A stretch of 64,000 bases of DNA from Bdellovibrionales bacterium (GTDB lineage Bacteria > Bdellovibrionota > Bdellovibrionia > Bdellovibrionales > UBA1609): NCBI GenBank assembly GCA_050633065.1, contig JBOEFV010000048.1:9970-73969 (forward strand). The letters are read 5' to 3'. A program made the position numbers and the translations under genes. The notes under the pieces are model-generated. The model had not been told where the DNA came from, did not search any database, and saw only the letters and a program-made list of their open reading frames with translations. This document shows positions 16,683 to 25,638 of this stretch, in pieces. The first letter of the stretch is position 1; every line of letters starts with the position of its first letter.

Positions 16683-18332
16683 ATGTACACTAAATTACTT
16701 ATATTTATCATCCCAGCCCTTTTAACAGCATGCGGATCATCTAAGAATAAAGTTAAAGATGATTGGCCTGGGATAGACGACAGTAGCTTTAGATTAAAAA
16801 ACAATGTCTCTTCTCTTTCAAACAAAGCTGATACGTTTTCACTTACAACTGAAATACTACTGCCAAAAATGGGAAAAGATGTCAGCTACACTGTTACATC
16901 AACTTGTACTCGTAAATACCCACCTAGTTATCAAGGGGAAAAATCTCCCTATACAAAGTCTACAGCTTACCCCGCTAGCGCCAATGAAAACCTTAAACCT
17001 TTACAAATTTTTGAACATCTACCAGAGGAAATGATTATTTTTCCAGAACACTTCTCAAAGTGTGATTTTACACTGTATGCTGAAAACCAACATACGTCTG
17101 ACGATTATGCAGCTTTAAAAGATCAAAAGTTTCAAAATTTATCTGATGAGCATACCATCTCCCTAACTAAAAGGAATTTTCAAGATAGCAAAATCCTCCC
17201 CTTAAGAACTGAATTGGCTGATTTTACGCTTGAGTCCGTAGATGAGAAGAAGTTCGTTGATTTAAAAACTCTATGTTATTCAAATAAACTTACCGTTACC
17301 AAAACAGAAAATAGTAACTACTCTAGAGTACGAGCAGACAGAATCATCTTACCCAAAGAAACCAAAAACTTTCCATTAGAGTACTGTAGAATTCAAGCTC
17401 TTTCTCCAAAAAATGGTACAATATTATTTTCACCTATTTTTAAATTCATAAATAGAGATTTAAATTTATCTATTAAGACTTACGACAGTGCACGTATTTC
17501 TGTTAAGAGTAGCGCTGCTTCTTACAGCAGTAGCAATTTTAACAACTTACGCCCCCTTTTCACAATGGATTTTACAAATACATCAACAACCGACCATCTA
17601 AACGTAAAAATACATGCTGAAGACAGTGTGGAAACTATTCAAATAATCACTAGTTTAAAAGAGACTAGTAATGTTAAGATTGGTGATAACCGCACAAAAA
17701 CATACATACCAAACTTTACACCTATAGATTCTTACTCTGCGTGGACCGTTCCTGAAACAGGAAACACAACATCTTCCATGCGTCTTGCTCCAGGTAAAAG
17801 AAAAAGTTTAGATTTTAAGACTTTCCCTTCTTATGATTGTTTAAATAACAATGAAGAACTCGGCTTTGTTATTGCTCCAGAAAAAAATAATCCTTTATTC
17901 ACTTACTCATTAATGAATCATAATGAGTTTGTTTCTGAAGCCTTTTATACCGGGAGCGTTCTGTTTGACACTGATGCTCAGGACGGCGCTGGCGCCAACA
18001 TTAAAATCAACAATCTTCCCGTTGAAATAGAAGAGTATGTATCTTCAAATTCAGCATTTACGCTGTATTTTAGAAATCAAAATGTTCTTCCCGGAGAACA
18101 GATTACGCTTTCACACAGAACTTACGAGCCTCAATTGAGTAAAAATAGAATGGAGCTGACTAGAGAACAAGAACGTAGACAGCTTGCAAATAGACCTTTC
18201 AGTTTTAGAAGCTATGTTAACCAAAACGATCAAACTCAGTGTCACTCATATGACACAATACAAACTGATGGAACTTCACCAGACGGCGATATTATTTTAC
18301 AGCCGTTAGGTAGTAGATCGGTTGACCTTTAG
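16683..18332 (+). CDS. Large lipoprotein, no recognised family
   Basis: Lipobox IIPALLTACGS. 549 aa, rich in Ser/Thr/Asn. Its 3' end overlaps the convergent trmB by 41 nt. Confidence 0.5.
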   Translation: MYTKLLIFIIPALLTACGSSKNKVKDDWPGIDDSSFRLKNNVSSLSNKADTFSLTTEILLPKMGKDVSYTVTSTCTRKYPPSYQGEKSPYTKSTAYPASANENLKPLQIFEHLPEEMIIFPEHFSKCDFTLYAENQHTSDDYAALKDQKFQNLSDEHTISLTKRNFQDSKILPLRTELADFTLESVDEKKFVDLKTLCYSNKLTVTKTENSNYSRVRADRIILPKETKNFPLEYCRIQALSPKNGTILFSPIFKFINRDLNLSIKTYDSARISVKSSAASYSSSNFNNLRPLFTMDFTNTSTTDHLNVKIHAEDSVETIQIITSLKETSNVKIGDNRTKTYIPNFTPIDSYSAWTVPETGNTTSSMRLAPGKRKSLDFKTFPSYDCLNNNEELGFVIAPEKNNPLFTYSLMNHNEFVSEAFYTGSVLFDTDAQDGAGANIKINNLPVEIEEYVSSNSAFTLYFRNQNVLPGEQITLSHRTYEPQLSKNRMELTREQERRQLANRPFSFRSYVNQNDQTQCHSYDTIQTDGTSPDGDIILQPLGSRSVDL

Positions 18333-18990
18333 CTAGGAAGATTTTTTCAAAGTGAGTCACAAAGTTTGTGGCTGCTTTTTCTGAATTGTGTAAATCCCTT
18401 GTTACAAAGTTCACTTCAAATTTAGAGTCTTTAAATAAAGGCTCTGACCAATCAAAGTAATCCAAATCATCCGTTTTAAATTCCACTACAGAGCCTGGTT
18501 TCATTAAACCATAAAGCTCATCTAAAAACTGAGTCTGAATCAACCTATGTTTCCAATGCTTTTTTCTTGGCCATGGATCTGGGTGATGAATGTAGACATT
18601 ATCAATTTCTTCAGGGTTAAAGATATCCACTATCTCACTGGCATTAAACCTACACATATAGGCATTATCCTCAGCTCCTGCTTTTAGCGCTCTGTTTATA
18701 GCCTGAATTAAGGGTTTATATTTAATTTCAAAACCTAGTAGACCCCGTTCTAAATTCTTAGAGGATCTGTCAGCAAAGTGATAACCATTCCCTGTACCGA
18801 TTTCTATATCTAAAGGGTAATCAGCATTCTTTTTAAAAACGTCAGATCTCCATAAACCTTTAAACTCTAAGGCTTTTTCTTGGTCAAATGCCTTATGAGA
18901 CATCTCCCCTAGTAGCATTTGTGCATACATATTAGGTTTTGGCAGGTCCGATGTTTTTGTTAATCTTGCTCTACAGCCTTTCACAAGCAC
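18292..18990 (-). CDS. trmB: tRNA (guanine-N7)-methyltransferase
   Basis: IEIGTGNGYHF SAM motif and HPDPWPRKKHWKHRL. The track start is GTG at 18990; the alternative ATG at 18930 (MYAQ..) is equally possible. Confidence 0.85.
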   Translation of the reverse strand: MLVKGCRARLTKTSDLPKPNMYAQMLLGEMSHKAFDQEKALEFKGLWRSDVFKKNADYPLDIEIGTGNGYHFADRSSKNLERGLLGFEIKYKPLIQAINRALKAGAEDNAYMCRFNASEIVDIFNPEEIDNVYIHHPDPWPRKKHWKHRLIQTQFLDELYGLMKPGSVVEFKTDDLDYFDWSEPLFKDSKFEVNFVTRDLHNSEKAATNFVTHFEKIFLAKGQPIYYLTAVK

Positions 18991-19077
18991 TACTCCTTAA
19001 CGCAGATTGGATACTCTATACTTAGGGGATTTAACAAATTACATTTCAATAAACAAACTTAAAAAGCAGGCGCCCTT

Positions 19078-20730
19078 ATGAAGTATATTATTTTTACAGT
19101 TCTACTCTCTTTTTCTACCTCAAGTTTCGCAATTCCAGAACTCTCGCAGAACCTAATGGTTACAGGCCCTTCAAGGCTTGCTCTAGAATCAGCTCTAAGA
19201 GTTGGAAAAGATGGCGGAAATCCTGCTGATGTAGCTGTTGCCTATGCTCTTACTCTTGCTGTTACACATCCTTACTTTGGCGCTCTTGGTGGCGGCGGCT
19301 TTGCAATGATTAACATGAACGGGACCCCTGAAGCTTTAGATTTTAGAGAAGAAGCTCCTTCAAAAACACATAAAGACTATTTTTTAAAAGATAGAAACTC
19401 TAAAAGAGCTTCGTGGACCGGAGGAGCTGCTGTTGGTGTGCCAGGCGTTCCAATGGGATTATGGGAGCTTCATCAAAAACATGGTTCAAAACCTTGGAAG
19501 TCTTTATTTAAAGAGGCTCTTCATTATTCAAAAAAAGGATTTCCTGTATCAGGTGAGTGGTACAAAGTAACCAAAAAAGAAAGTAAGCGATTTTGGAAAC
19601 CCGGTACAAAGCATTTACTCATCAATAACAAGGTTCCACTTCCTGGAGACCTTTTAAAACAGCCAGGCTTATACAAGGCTCTTAAAAAATTAAAAAATCA
19701 CGGCCCAAAAGGTTTTTATGAAGGTGATGTTGCAAAAGACATTTCATCATCAGTAAAAGCCTCAAATGGAGATATGTCCTTAGATGATTTAAAAAACTAC
19801 ACTGCCAAATGGAGAAAGCCTCTAACGGCTGAATTTGAAGGGGGAAAAGTCTTTTTAATGCCTCCACCATCTTCTGGAGGGGTTGTTATAAAAACAGCTT
19901 TAGAACTTGTTAAAAAACAAAATCTAAAAAAATACGAACTCTTAGGCCTAACAGAACTCCATTTACTTGGTGAAATCATGTCAGCTTCTTTTAGAGGAAG
20001 AGCCTTACTAGGAGACCCTGATTTTCATAACAACCCTCTTAATTTCTTACTTGGCAAGGATTACATCAATAAACTCAACAAAAGAATTTCTAAGTATAAA
20101 ACCGCTTACAGAAAACCACTCTCTGAGAAAAAGCTGCCAAAAGAAAGCACTCAAACAACTCATTTTGTTGTGATGAATAAAAAAGGACAAGCCGTTTCAA
20201 TAACAACCACTCTTAATGGCAATTATGGCTCAGGAGTTGTTTCTGAAAAATTTGGAGTTGCTCTAAATAATGAAATGGATGATTTTACTACAAAGCCTGG
20301 CAAGCCTAATTTCTTTGGCTTAGTTCAAGGAAACGGAAACGTTGTTAAAGCGAAAAAACGTCCTTTAAGCTCAATGTCTCCAACTATTGTTTTAAACGAT
20401 AAGAATGAAACTGTATTAGCACTTGGAGCTCCTGGAGGACCTCGAATCATCAACGGTGTTTTTCAAACTCTTTATAGAACAATGGCCAATGACCTTAATA
20501 TGGAACAAGCCATCTTCACTCCAAGGTTGCACCATCAATTTTTACCACGGGTATTACGATTTGAAGAAAACAGATTTAGCCCATACGTGTTAAATGGTCT
20601 ACGTAAGCGCGGGCACAAACTTAAACATATTCACGGTGTTGCAATTACTTATGGTGTTAAAAAGAACGCTGAAGGCCTGTTGGAAGGCGCTGCAGATTAT
20701 AGAGGTGAAGGCTACACGGGTGGCTTTTAA
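19078..20730 (+). CDS. ggt: Gamma-glutamyltransferase
   Basis: Signal peptide. GGGGF, the autoprocessing and nucleophile site ..STQTTHFVV, MDDF, and PLSSMSPTIV ... GAPGGPRII. Confidence 0.9.
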   Translation: MKYIIFTVLLSFSTSSFAIPELSQNLMVTGPSRLALESALRVGKDGGNPADVAVAYALTLAVTHPYFGALGGGGFAMINMNGTPEALDFREEAPSKTHKDYFLKDRNSKRASWTGGAAVGVPGVPMGLWELHQKHGSKPWKSLFKEALHYSKKGFPVSGEWYKVTKKESKRFWKPGTKHLLINNKVPLPGDLLKQPGLYKALKKLKNHGPKGFYEGDVAKDISSSVKASNGDMSLDDLKNYTAKWRKPLTAEFEGGKVFLMPPPSSGGVVIKTALELVKKQNLKKYELLGLTELHLLGEIMSASFRGRALLGDPDFHNNPLNFLLGKDYINKLNKRISKYKTAYRKPLSEKKLPKESTQTTHFVVMNKKGQAVSITTTLNGNYGSGVVSEKFGVALNNEMDDFTTKPGKPNFFGLVQGNGNVVKAKKRPLSSMSPTIVLNDKNETVLALGAPGGPRIINGVFQTLYRTMANDLNMEQAIFTPRLHHQFLPRVLRFEENRFSPYVLNGLRKRGHKLKHIHGVAITYGVKKNAEGLLEGAADYRGEGYTGGF

Positions 20731-20865
20731 AGAGTTTTTCTCTTTCATAGAATTGACATTCTGAAGTTTAGCATTCTTTTAGTCTGTTCATACGCTACTC
20801 AAACTCTTTTTTTTTGCCCCAGGATCCACAACCAAACAATAACAGTGCTCCAGCAATAATAGACG

Positions 20866-21147
20866 CTACTTAGATGATTTCATATTATACTCGTGAAAGC
20901 CATACGCTTTTAAATATTCTTTTCTTTTAAGATCTGAGTACTCTTTTAAAAAAAGATCTATTAAATACTCTTTTTCAATTTCAAAGATTAAAGCTATCTT
21001 CGCCAACCTGTCCATTGGGGGGTAGCTCTCACCCCTTTCCCAGTTCGACACAAATTGCCCAGAGGAATAACCTAAAGTTTTAGCTAACTTCACTTGGCTG
21101 TATTTTTTTTCAATTCTTTTTGCTTTAATTATATCTTTTAATTTCAT
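20866..21147 (-). CDS. XRE-family helix-turn-helix protein
   Basis: KYSQVKLAKTLGYSSGQFVSNWERGESYP is a Cro/C1-type HTH pattern. Starts 3 nt after the esterase stop. Confidence 0.72.
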   Translation of the reverse strand: MKLKDIIKAKRIEKKYSQVKLAKTLGYSSGQFVSNWERGESYPPMDRLAKIALIFEIEKEYLIDLFLKEYSDLKRKEYLKAYGFHEYNMKSSK

Positions 21148-21150
21148 TTA

Positions 21151-22155
21151 TTATACCAGGCTTAAAGCCTTCTTTCTTCTCGTTCCTATATCAAAGTGGT
21201 TTCCTTTAAATTCTTCATATATGAACCCCACTTCATTTTCCTTAAAAAGCTTTCGAATTTTTCTAACTCCATATTGAAGTAAAAATTGATCAAACTCTCC
21301 AACAGATAAAAATATCGTCTTTAAAGATTTCACAGCATCTAATCTCTTAGGCAAGAAATGTACTGGGTCCTTCTCAAGCCATTTAGACCACAGATCCTGA
21401 TCAAAGCCACCCTCTTTTTCTAAAGGCAATATCGGCATATTGTTTTCATCTATTTTTGAATAACAGGCCGCCATCGCCAAAACATTCACCATTGTATGAA
21501 AGCTTCGCTGATTCGTTTTAATATCAAAACCTTTAATCTTATTTAAAATTTCTAAAGGCCCATCTTGATTCATGATGTCTGCAAAACCTTGATAAACCTC
21601 ATGTTTGAGGCTGACCTCAAAATCACAATCTGGAGCAATAGCTAAACAGTGAGGGAAAACCTCAGGAAACTTAGAGCAAAGATGTAGAGCCCCATAACCA
21701 CCACTGGATCCACCAAGGACCACCTTATCAGCAACACTATAATCTATACTTTTTAAACTCTTTTCAACAAATGGAACAAGCTCTTTAACAATATAGTCTT
21801 CATACTTTCCACAGCCTTCACTATTTATAAACTGGCTTCCACCCCATGATGTCCATGCATCTACAAACACATAAATCTTAGGACTTATTGATTCACTCAT
21901 CGTCCACTCATCAATTTCTTCAATTAAGTTTTGCTCATAAGATTTAAAATTAAAATTCTTTTGAGCATTGCTCGTAAAACCCGAAAGATGAAAAACACAG
22001 TTATAACCACCCTGCTTTTTAGGCACCAACACCGGTATATTTCTAACAAAAGAATCCCCTAGAGGATTCTCTTTTAAAGACTCACTTTTTATTTGAAGTG
22101 TTTTAATTTCAAAGTTTTTTAATTCATAAGGCTTAAGGTTGTCTTCAAACACCAT
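21151..22155 (-). CDS. Putative esterase (esterase D / enterochelin-esterase-like alpha/beta hydrolase)
   Basis: VLGGSSGGYGALH nucleophile elbow and VFVDAWTSWGGSQF. The start ATG overlaps the stop of the upstream REC-GGDEF gene (TAATG). Confidence 0.65.
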   Translation of the reverse strand: MVFEDNLKPYELKNFEIKTLQIKSESLKENPLGDSFVRNIPVLVPKKQGGYNCVFHLSGFTSNAQKNFNFKSYEQNLIEEIDEWTMSESISPKIYVFVDAWTSWGGSQFINSEGCGKYEDYIVKELVPFVEKSLKSIDYSVADKVVLGGSSGGYGALHLCSKFPEVFPHCLAIAPDCDFEVSLKHEVYQGFADIMNQDGPLEILNKIKGFDIKTNQRSFHTMVNVLAMAACYSKIDENNMPILPLEKEGGFDQDLWSKWLEKDPVHFLPKRLDAVKSLKTIFLSVGEFDQFLLQYGVRKIRKLFKENEVGFIYEEFKGNHFDIGTRRKKALSLV

Positions 22156-23114
22156 TAAGCCGCTTTTTTCTCATCTAGATCTATCTCATTTAAATCAAAA
22201 CCCTTAACCCTGTTTCTTCCTGTTTCCTTTGACTCATATAAGGCTCTATCAGCCCACTGGACAAGCTCTTTAGCTGTCAAATTTCTTCCAACGCTTGGTC
22301 TTAAAACCGCAAGCCCCATACTAGTTGTAAGGTCCATTCGGTGCTCACCGTTATTAAAATCATACTCTTCAATTGAGCGCCTGAGTCTTTCAGCATACTT
22401 CATTGCACCCTCATAGTCTGTCCCTGTTAGGATCACCATAAATTCATCACCACCATAACGTGCACCAAAATCAACATCCCTCATAGAGGATTTAATGATA
22501 CCGCCTACTTCTTTTAAAACAAAACTTCCAAATAAATGATCATGATCGTCGTTCACTCTTTTAAAGTGATCCATATCCATCATAATTGCACAAATTCCTG
22601 AGCCAAATCTTATATTTCTGCTGATTTCAAGGTTAATACGATCATACATTCCACGCATGTTATACAGCCCTGTAAGGTCATCGATTTCCACTAAAGCTTG
22701 AAGCTTTTTATTAGCCTCAGATAATTTATCCGTTAAGTTTTTGATTCTTAATTGAGTTTTAACCCTTGCAACAAGTTCATGTAAATTGAAAGGCTTACAA
22801 ATATAATCATCAGCCCCCGCCTCAAGCCCCTTAATAACATCCTGAGTGTCTGAGTTGCCAGAAACGAGTACAACAGATGTGTATTCTTCTCTTTTCCTAA
22901 CAATTTCGAGTGTTTCCAGCCCACTTAAGCCTGGCATATTTACATCAAGCAACACAAGGTGTGGCTCTGTTTGATCTAATTTCTGTAGGGCTTCATTTCC
23001 AGAGGCAGCAACACTTATCTCATAGCCATAAGACTCCAAAATCATCGTCATCAACTCTGATATTTGTGGGTCATCATCAACTATTAAGACCTTCTGTGAT
23101 TTTACACTCTCCAT
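22155..23114 (-). CDS. Response-regulator diguanylate cyclase (REC + GGDEF, PleD/WspR-like)
   Basis: VLIVDDD, LVLLDVNMPG, YICKPF and a coiled linker. RDVDFGARYGGDEF contains the GGDEF active site plus an RxxD I-site five residues upstream. Confidence 0.9.
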   Translation of the reverse strand: MESVKSQKVLIVDDDPQISELMTMILESYGYEISVAASGNEALQKLDQTEPHLVLLDVNMPGLSGLETLEIVRKREEYTSVVLVSGNSDTQDVIKGLEAGADDYICKPFNLHELVARVKTQLRIKNLTDKLSEANKKLQALVEIDDLTGLYNMRGMYDRINLEISRNIRFGSGICAIMMDMDHFKRVNDDHDHLFGSFVLKEVGGIIKSSMRDVDFGARYGGDEFMVILTGTDYEGAMKYAERLRRSIEEYDFNNGEHRMDLTTSMGLAVLRPSVGRNLTAKELVQWADRALYESKETGRNRVKGFDLNEIDLDEKKAA

Positions 23115-23250
23115 TTACCCTCTCCTGTCCAGAATTTATCGGTTCCCCAACTAAAAATGTTTAGACCCTCAGGCCTTTCTTGAGTGACTTTCCTATCTGA
23201 CTTAGGTAGTAATTTTAGCTATATTCACAAACTGTATAGGAGACTTTAGT

Positions 23251-25632
23251 ATGGCTTTTAACCATTCAAAGATTGAAGAGAAATGGCAATCAGTCTGGCT
23301 TGAAAAAGAAACCTTTAAAGCAGAGTTTCCATCAGAAAAACCCAAATTCTATGCCCTTGATATGTTTCCCTATCCTTCAGGGTCAGGTCTTCATGTTGGA
23401 CATTTGGCTTCCTATCTGCCAACTGACGTGGTCTCAAGATATAAAAGAGCAAAGGGTTTTAATGTTCTACACCCAATGGGATATGATGCTTTTGGACTCC
23501 CGGCAGAGCAGTACGCAATACAAACTGGAGTTCACCCTCAAATCACTACAGAAGAAGCTATTAAAAATTTTAAACGCCAACTTCAGTCTTTTGGTTTTAG
23601 TTTTGATTGGTCAAAGAGTTTAGCAACCACTGACCCCCAGTTTATGAAATGGACTCAATACATCTTCACAGAACTTTTTAAACAAGGCCTAGCTTATCAA
23701 AAAGAAGTTCCTGTTAACTGGTGCCCTGAACTAAAAACTGTTCTTGCCAACGAAGAGGTTGTAAACGGAAAAAGTGAGCGAGGCGGTCATCCTGTTGAAC
23801 GTCTTCCCATGAAACAGTGGATGCTTAAAATAACTGATTACACTGAAAGGCTTTTAAACGACCTTGATAAAATCAATTGGCCAAACCGAACAAAAGAAGG
23901 GCAAAGAAACTGGATCGGAAAAAGTGTTGGCGCAAATGTTTCTTTTGCCATTGAGGACTCTGATTTTAAACTAGATGTTTTCACAACAAGACCTGATACT
24001 CTTTTTGGAGTGACTTTCATGGTGCTTGCTCCTGAGCATAAGTACGTAAAAGAAATCACTACAGCAGACCAAAAAGATTCTATTGAATCTTATATTAAAG
24101 AAACCGCTTCAAAGAGTGAGGTCTCAAGACAATCAAACAATGAAAAGACTGGTGTTTTTACAGGGGCTTACGCAAATCACCCTTTAACAGGAAAGAGGAT
24201 TCCTGTTTGGATTTCTGATTACGTCTTAATGGACTACGGAACCGGTGCAATCATGGCTGTTCCAGGGCATGATGAAAGAGACTTTGCTTTTGCCAAGCAG
24301 TTTGATCTTCCTGTGCAAAGAGTTTTAGACGGCGGAGACCTCCCCTTTACTGGAGAAGGAGAGCTTGTAAATTCAGAAGGTCTAAATGGGCTTACAAAAA
24401 CTGACGCTATTAAAAAAGCCATTTCTATTCTTGAAGAAAAAAACACCGGCAGTAAAGAAGTTCAATACAAACTTCGCGACTGGCTTTTTAGCAGACAACG
24501 TTACTGGGGCGAACCTATCCCGGTAGTTCACAAAGACGATGGGACTTCAGAAGCACTAAGCCTTGAAGAGCTTCCTTTGCTTCTTCCTAAAGTTGATAAT
24601 TACGAACCTTCTGATGCCGGAGAGGCCCCTTTAGCAAAAAATAAAGAGTGGATGACCACCCCAAAAGGACAGCGAGCATCACACACAATGCCCGGATCAG
24701 CAGGGTCTTCATGGTACTTTTTAAGATATCCCGACACAGAAAATGAGAATGAGATCTGCAGTAAAGAAAAACAAGACTACTGGCTTCCTGTTGATTTATA
24801 TGTTGGAGGTCCCGAGCAAACAGTTGGGCATTTACTCTACTCTCGCTTTTGGACAAAATTTTTAAAAGATCAAAATATTATAAATATTGACGAGCCCTTT
24901 TTAAAACTTGCACACCAAGGAATGATTCTTGGGCCTGATGGTGAGAAAATGTCAAAATCTCGAGGAAACGTCATCAATCCTGATGATGTGAGAAAAGAGT
25001 TTGGAACAGACGCTGTTAGAATCTACATTTCCTTCATGGGGCCCTTTGAAAGAGACAAGCCTTGGAACACAAAAGGCATTGAAGGAAGCAGGAGGTTTTT
25101 AGACCGCATCTGGAGACTTTGCGTAAATGAAGAAGGCAAATCTATTCTTACAGATGACAACCTATCTGAAAATTTAGAAAAAATTCTACACAAAACCATT
25201 AAAAAGGTAACTGACGATATTGAATCTATGAGTTTTAACACTGCAGTCAGTAGCATGATGATTTTAGTTAACGATCTTTATAAAGAAAACTCAAACTCTG
25301 CAAAAGCACTCTTACCTTTACTTAAAATTTTAAGCCCTTTTGCTCCACACTTTTCTCAAGAAGTCTGGTCTTTAAGCGGAAACAACAATTTGGTTTGTGA
25401 AGAAAACTGGCCAGCATTTGACGAGGCTTTTTGCAAAGAAGACCTTGTTGAAATGGGCGTTCAGGTAAACGGGAAAATGAGAGGGAAAATTAGTGTTTCT
25501 GCAGAGACCACTGAAGATGAAGCTGTTTCTCTTGCAAAAGAAGTTTCTAATATCAACTCTCACCTTAGTGAAAAAAATATTGTTAAGGTTATTTACAAAG
25601 CCTGTAAAATTTTAAACATTATTGTAAAGTAG
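23251..25632 (+). CDS. leuS: Leucine--tRNA ligase
   Basis: 793 aa. PYPSGSGLHVGH (HIGH) and KMSKSRGN (KMSKS). The overall bacterial LeuS pattern is present. Confidence 0.97.
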   Translation: MAFNHSKIEEKWQSVWLEKETFKAEFPSEKPKFYALDMFPYPSGSGLHVGHLASYLPTDVVSRYKRAKGFNVLHPMGYDAFGLPAEQYAIQTGVHPQITTEEAIKNFKRQLQSFGFSFDWSKSLATTDPQFMKWTQYIFTELFKQGLAYQKEVPVNWCPELKTVLANEEVVNGKSERGGHPVERLPMKQWMLKITDYTERLLNDLDKINWPNRTKEGQRNWIGKSVGANVSFAIEDSDFKLDVFTTRPDTLFGVTFMVLAPEHKYVKEITTADQKDSIESYIKETASKSEVSRQSNNEKTGVFTGAYANHPLTGKRIPVWISDYVLMDYGTGAIMAVPGHDERDFAFAKQFDLPVQRVLDGGDLPFTGEGELVNSEGLNGLTKTDAIKKAISILEEKNTGSKEVQYKLRDWLFSRQRYWGEPIPVVHKDDGTSEALSLEELPLLLPKVDNYEPSDAGEAPLAKNKEWMTTPKGQRASHTMPGSAGSSWYFLRYPDTENENEICSKEKQDYWLPVDLYVGGPEQTVGHLLYSRFWTKFLKDQNIINIDEPFLKLAHQGMILGPDGEKMSKSRGNVINPDDVRKEFGTDAVRIYISFMGPFERDKPWNTKGIEGSRRFLDRIWRLCVNEEGKSILTDDNLSENLEKILHKTIKKVTDDIESMSFNTAVSSMMILVNDLYKENSNSAKALLPLLKILSPFAPHFSQEVWSLSGNNNLVCEENWPAFDEAFCKEDLVEMGVQVNGKMRGKISVSAETTEDEAVSLAKEVSNINSHLSEKNIVKVIYKACKILNIIVK

Positions 25633-25638
25633 ACTGCT

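Noticed and set aside
20795-20872. Frame downstream of the XRE gene encoding ..SIIAGALLLFGCGSWGKKKEFE*, a lipobox-like peptide containing an A9 homopolymer
   Set aside because: The frame opens only after a TAA and has no ATG, GTG or TTG start. Joining it to the MKSSK end of the XRE gene would require removing a TAG plus a frameshift. Changing the A9 run by one base leads quickly to stops. It is probably a gene remnant or chance.
23115-23250. Checked the leuS leader for a T-box or attenuator
   Set aside because: No specifier-loop or T-box-like conserved sequence and no terminator/antiterminator pair is visible; only a trivial 5-bp stem is present.
23273-23623. 116-aa alternative-frame ORF at the 5' end of leuS
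   Set aside because: It is same-strand and out of frame within a highly conserved synthetase gene, so it is a chance ORF.
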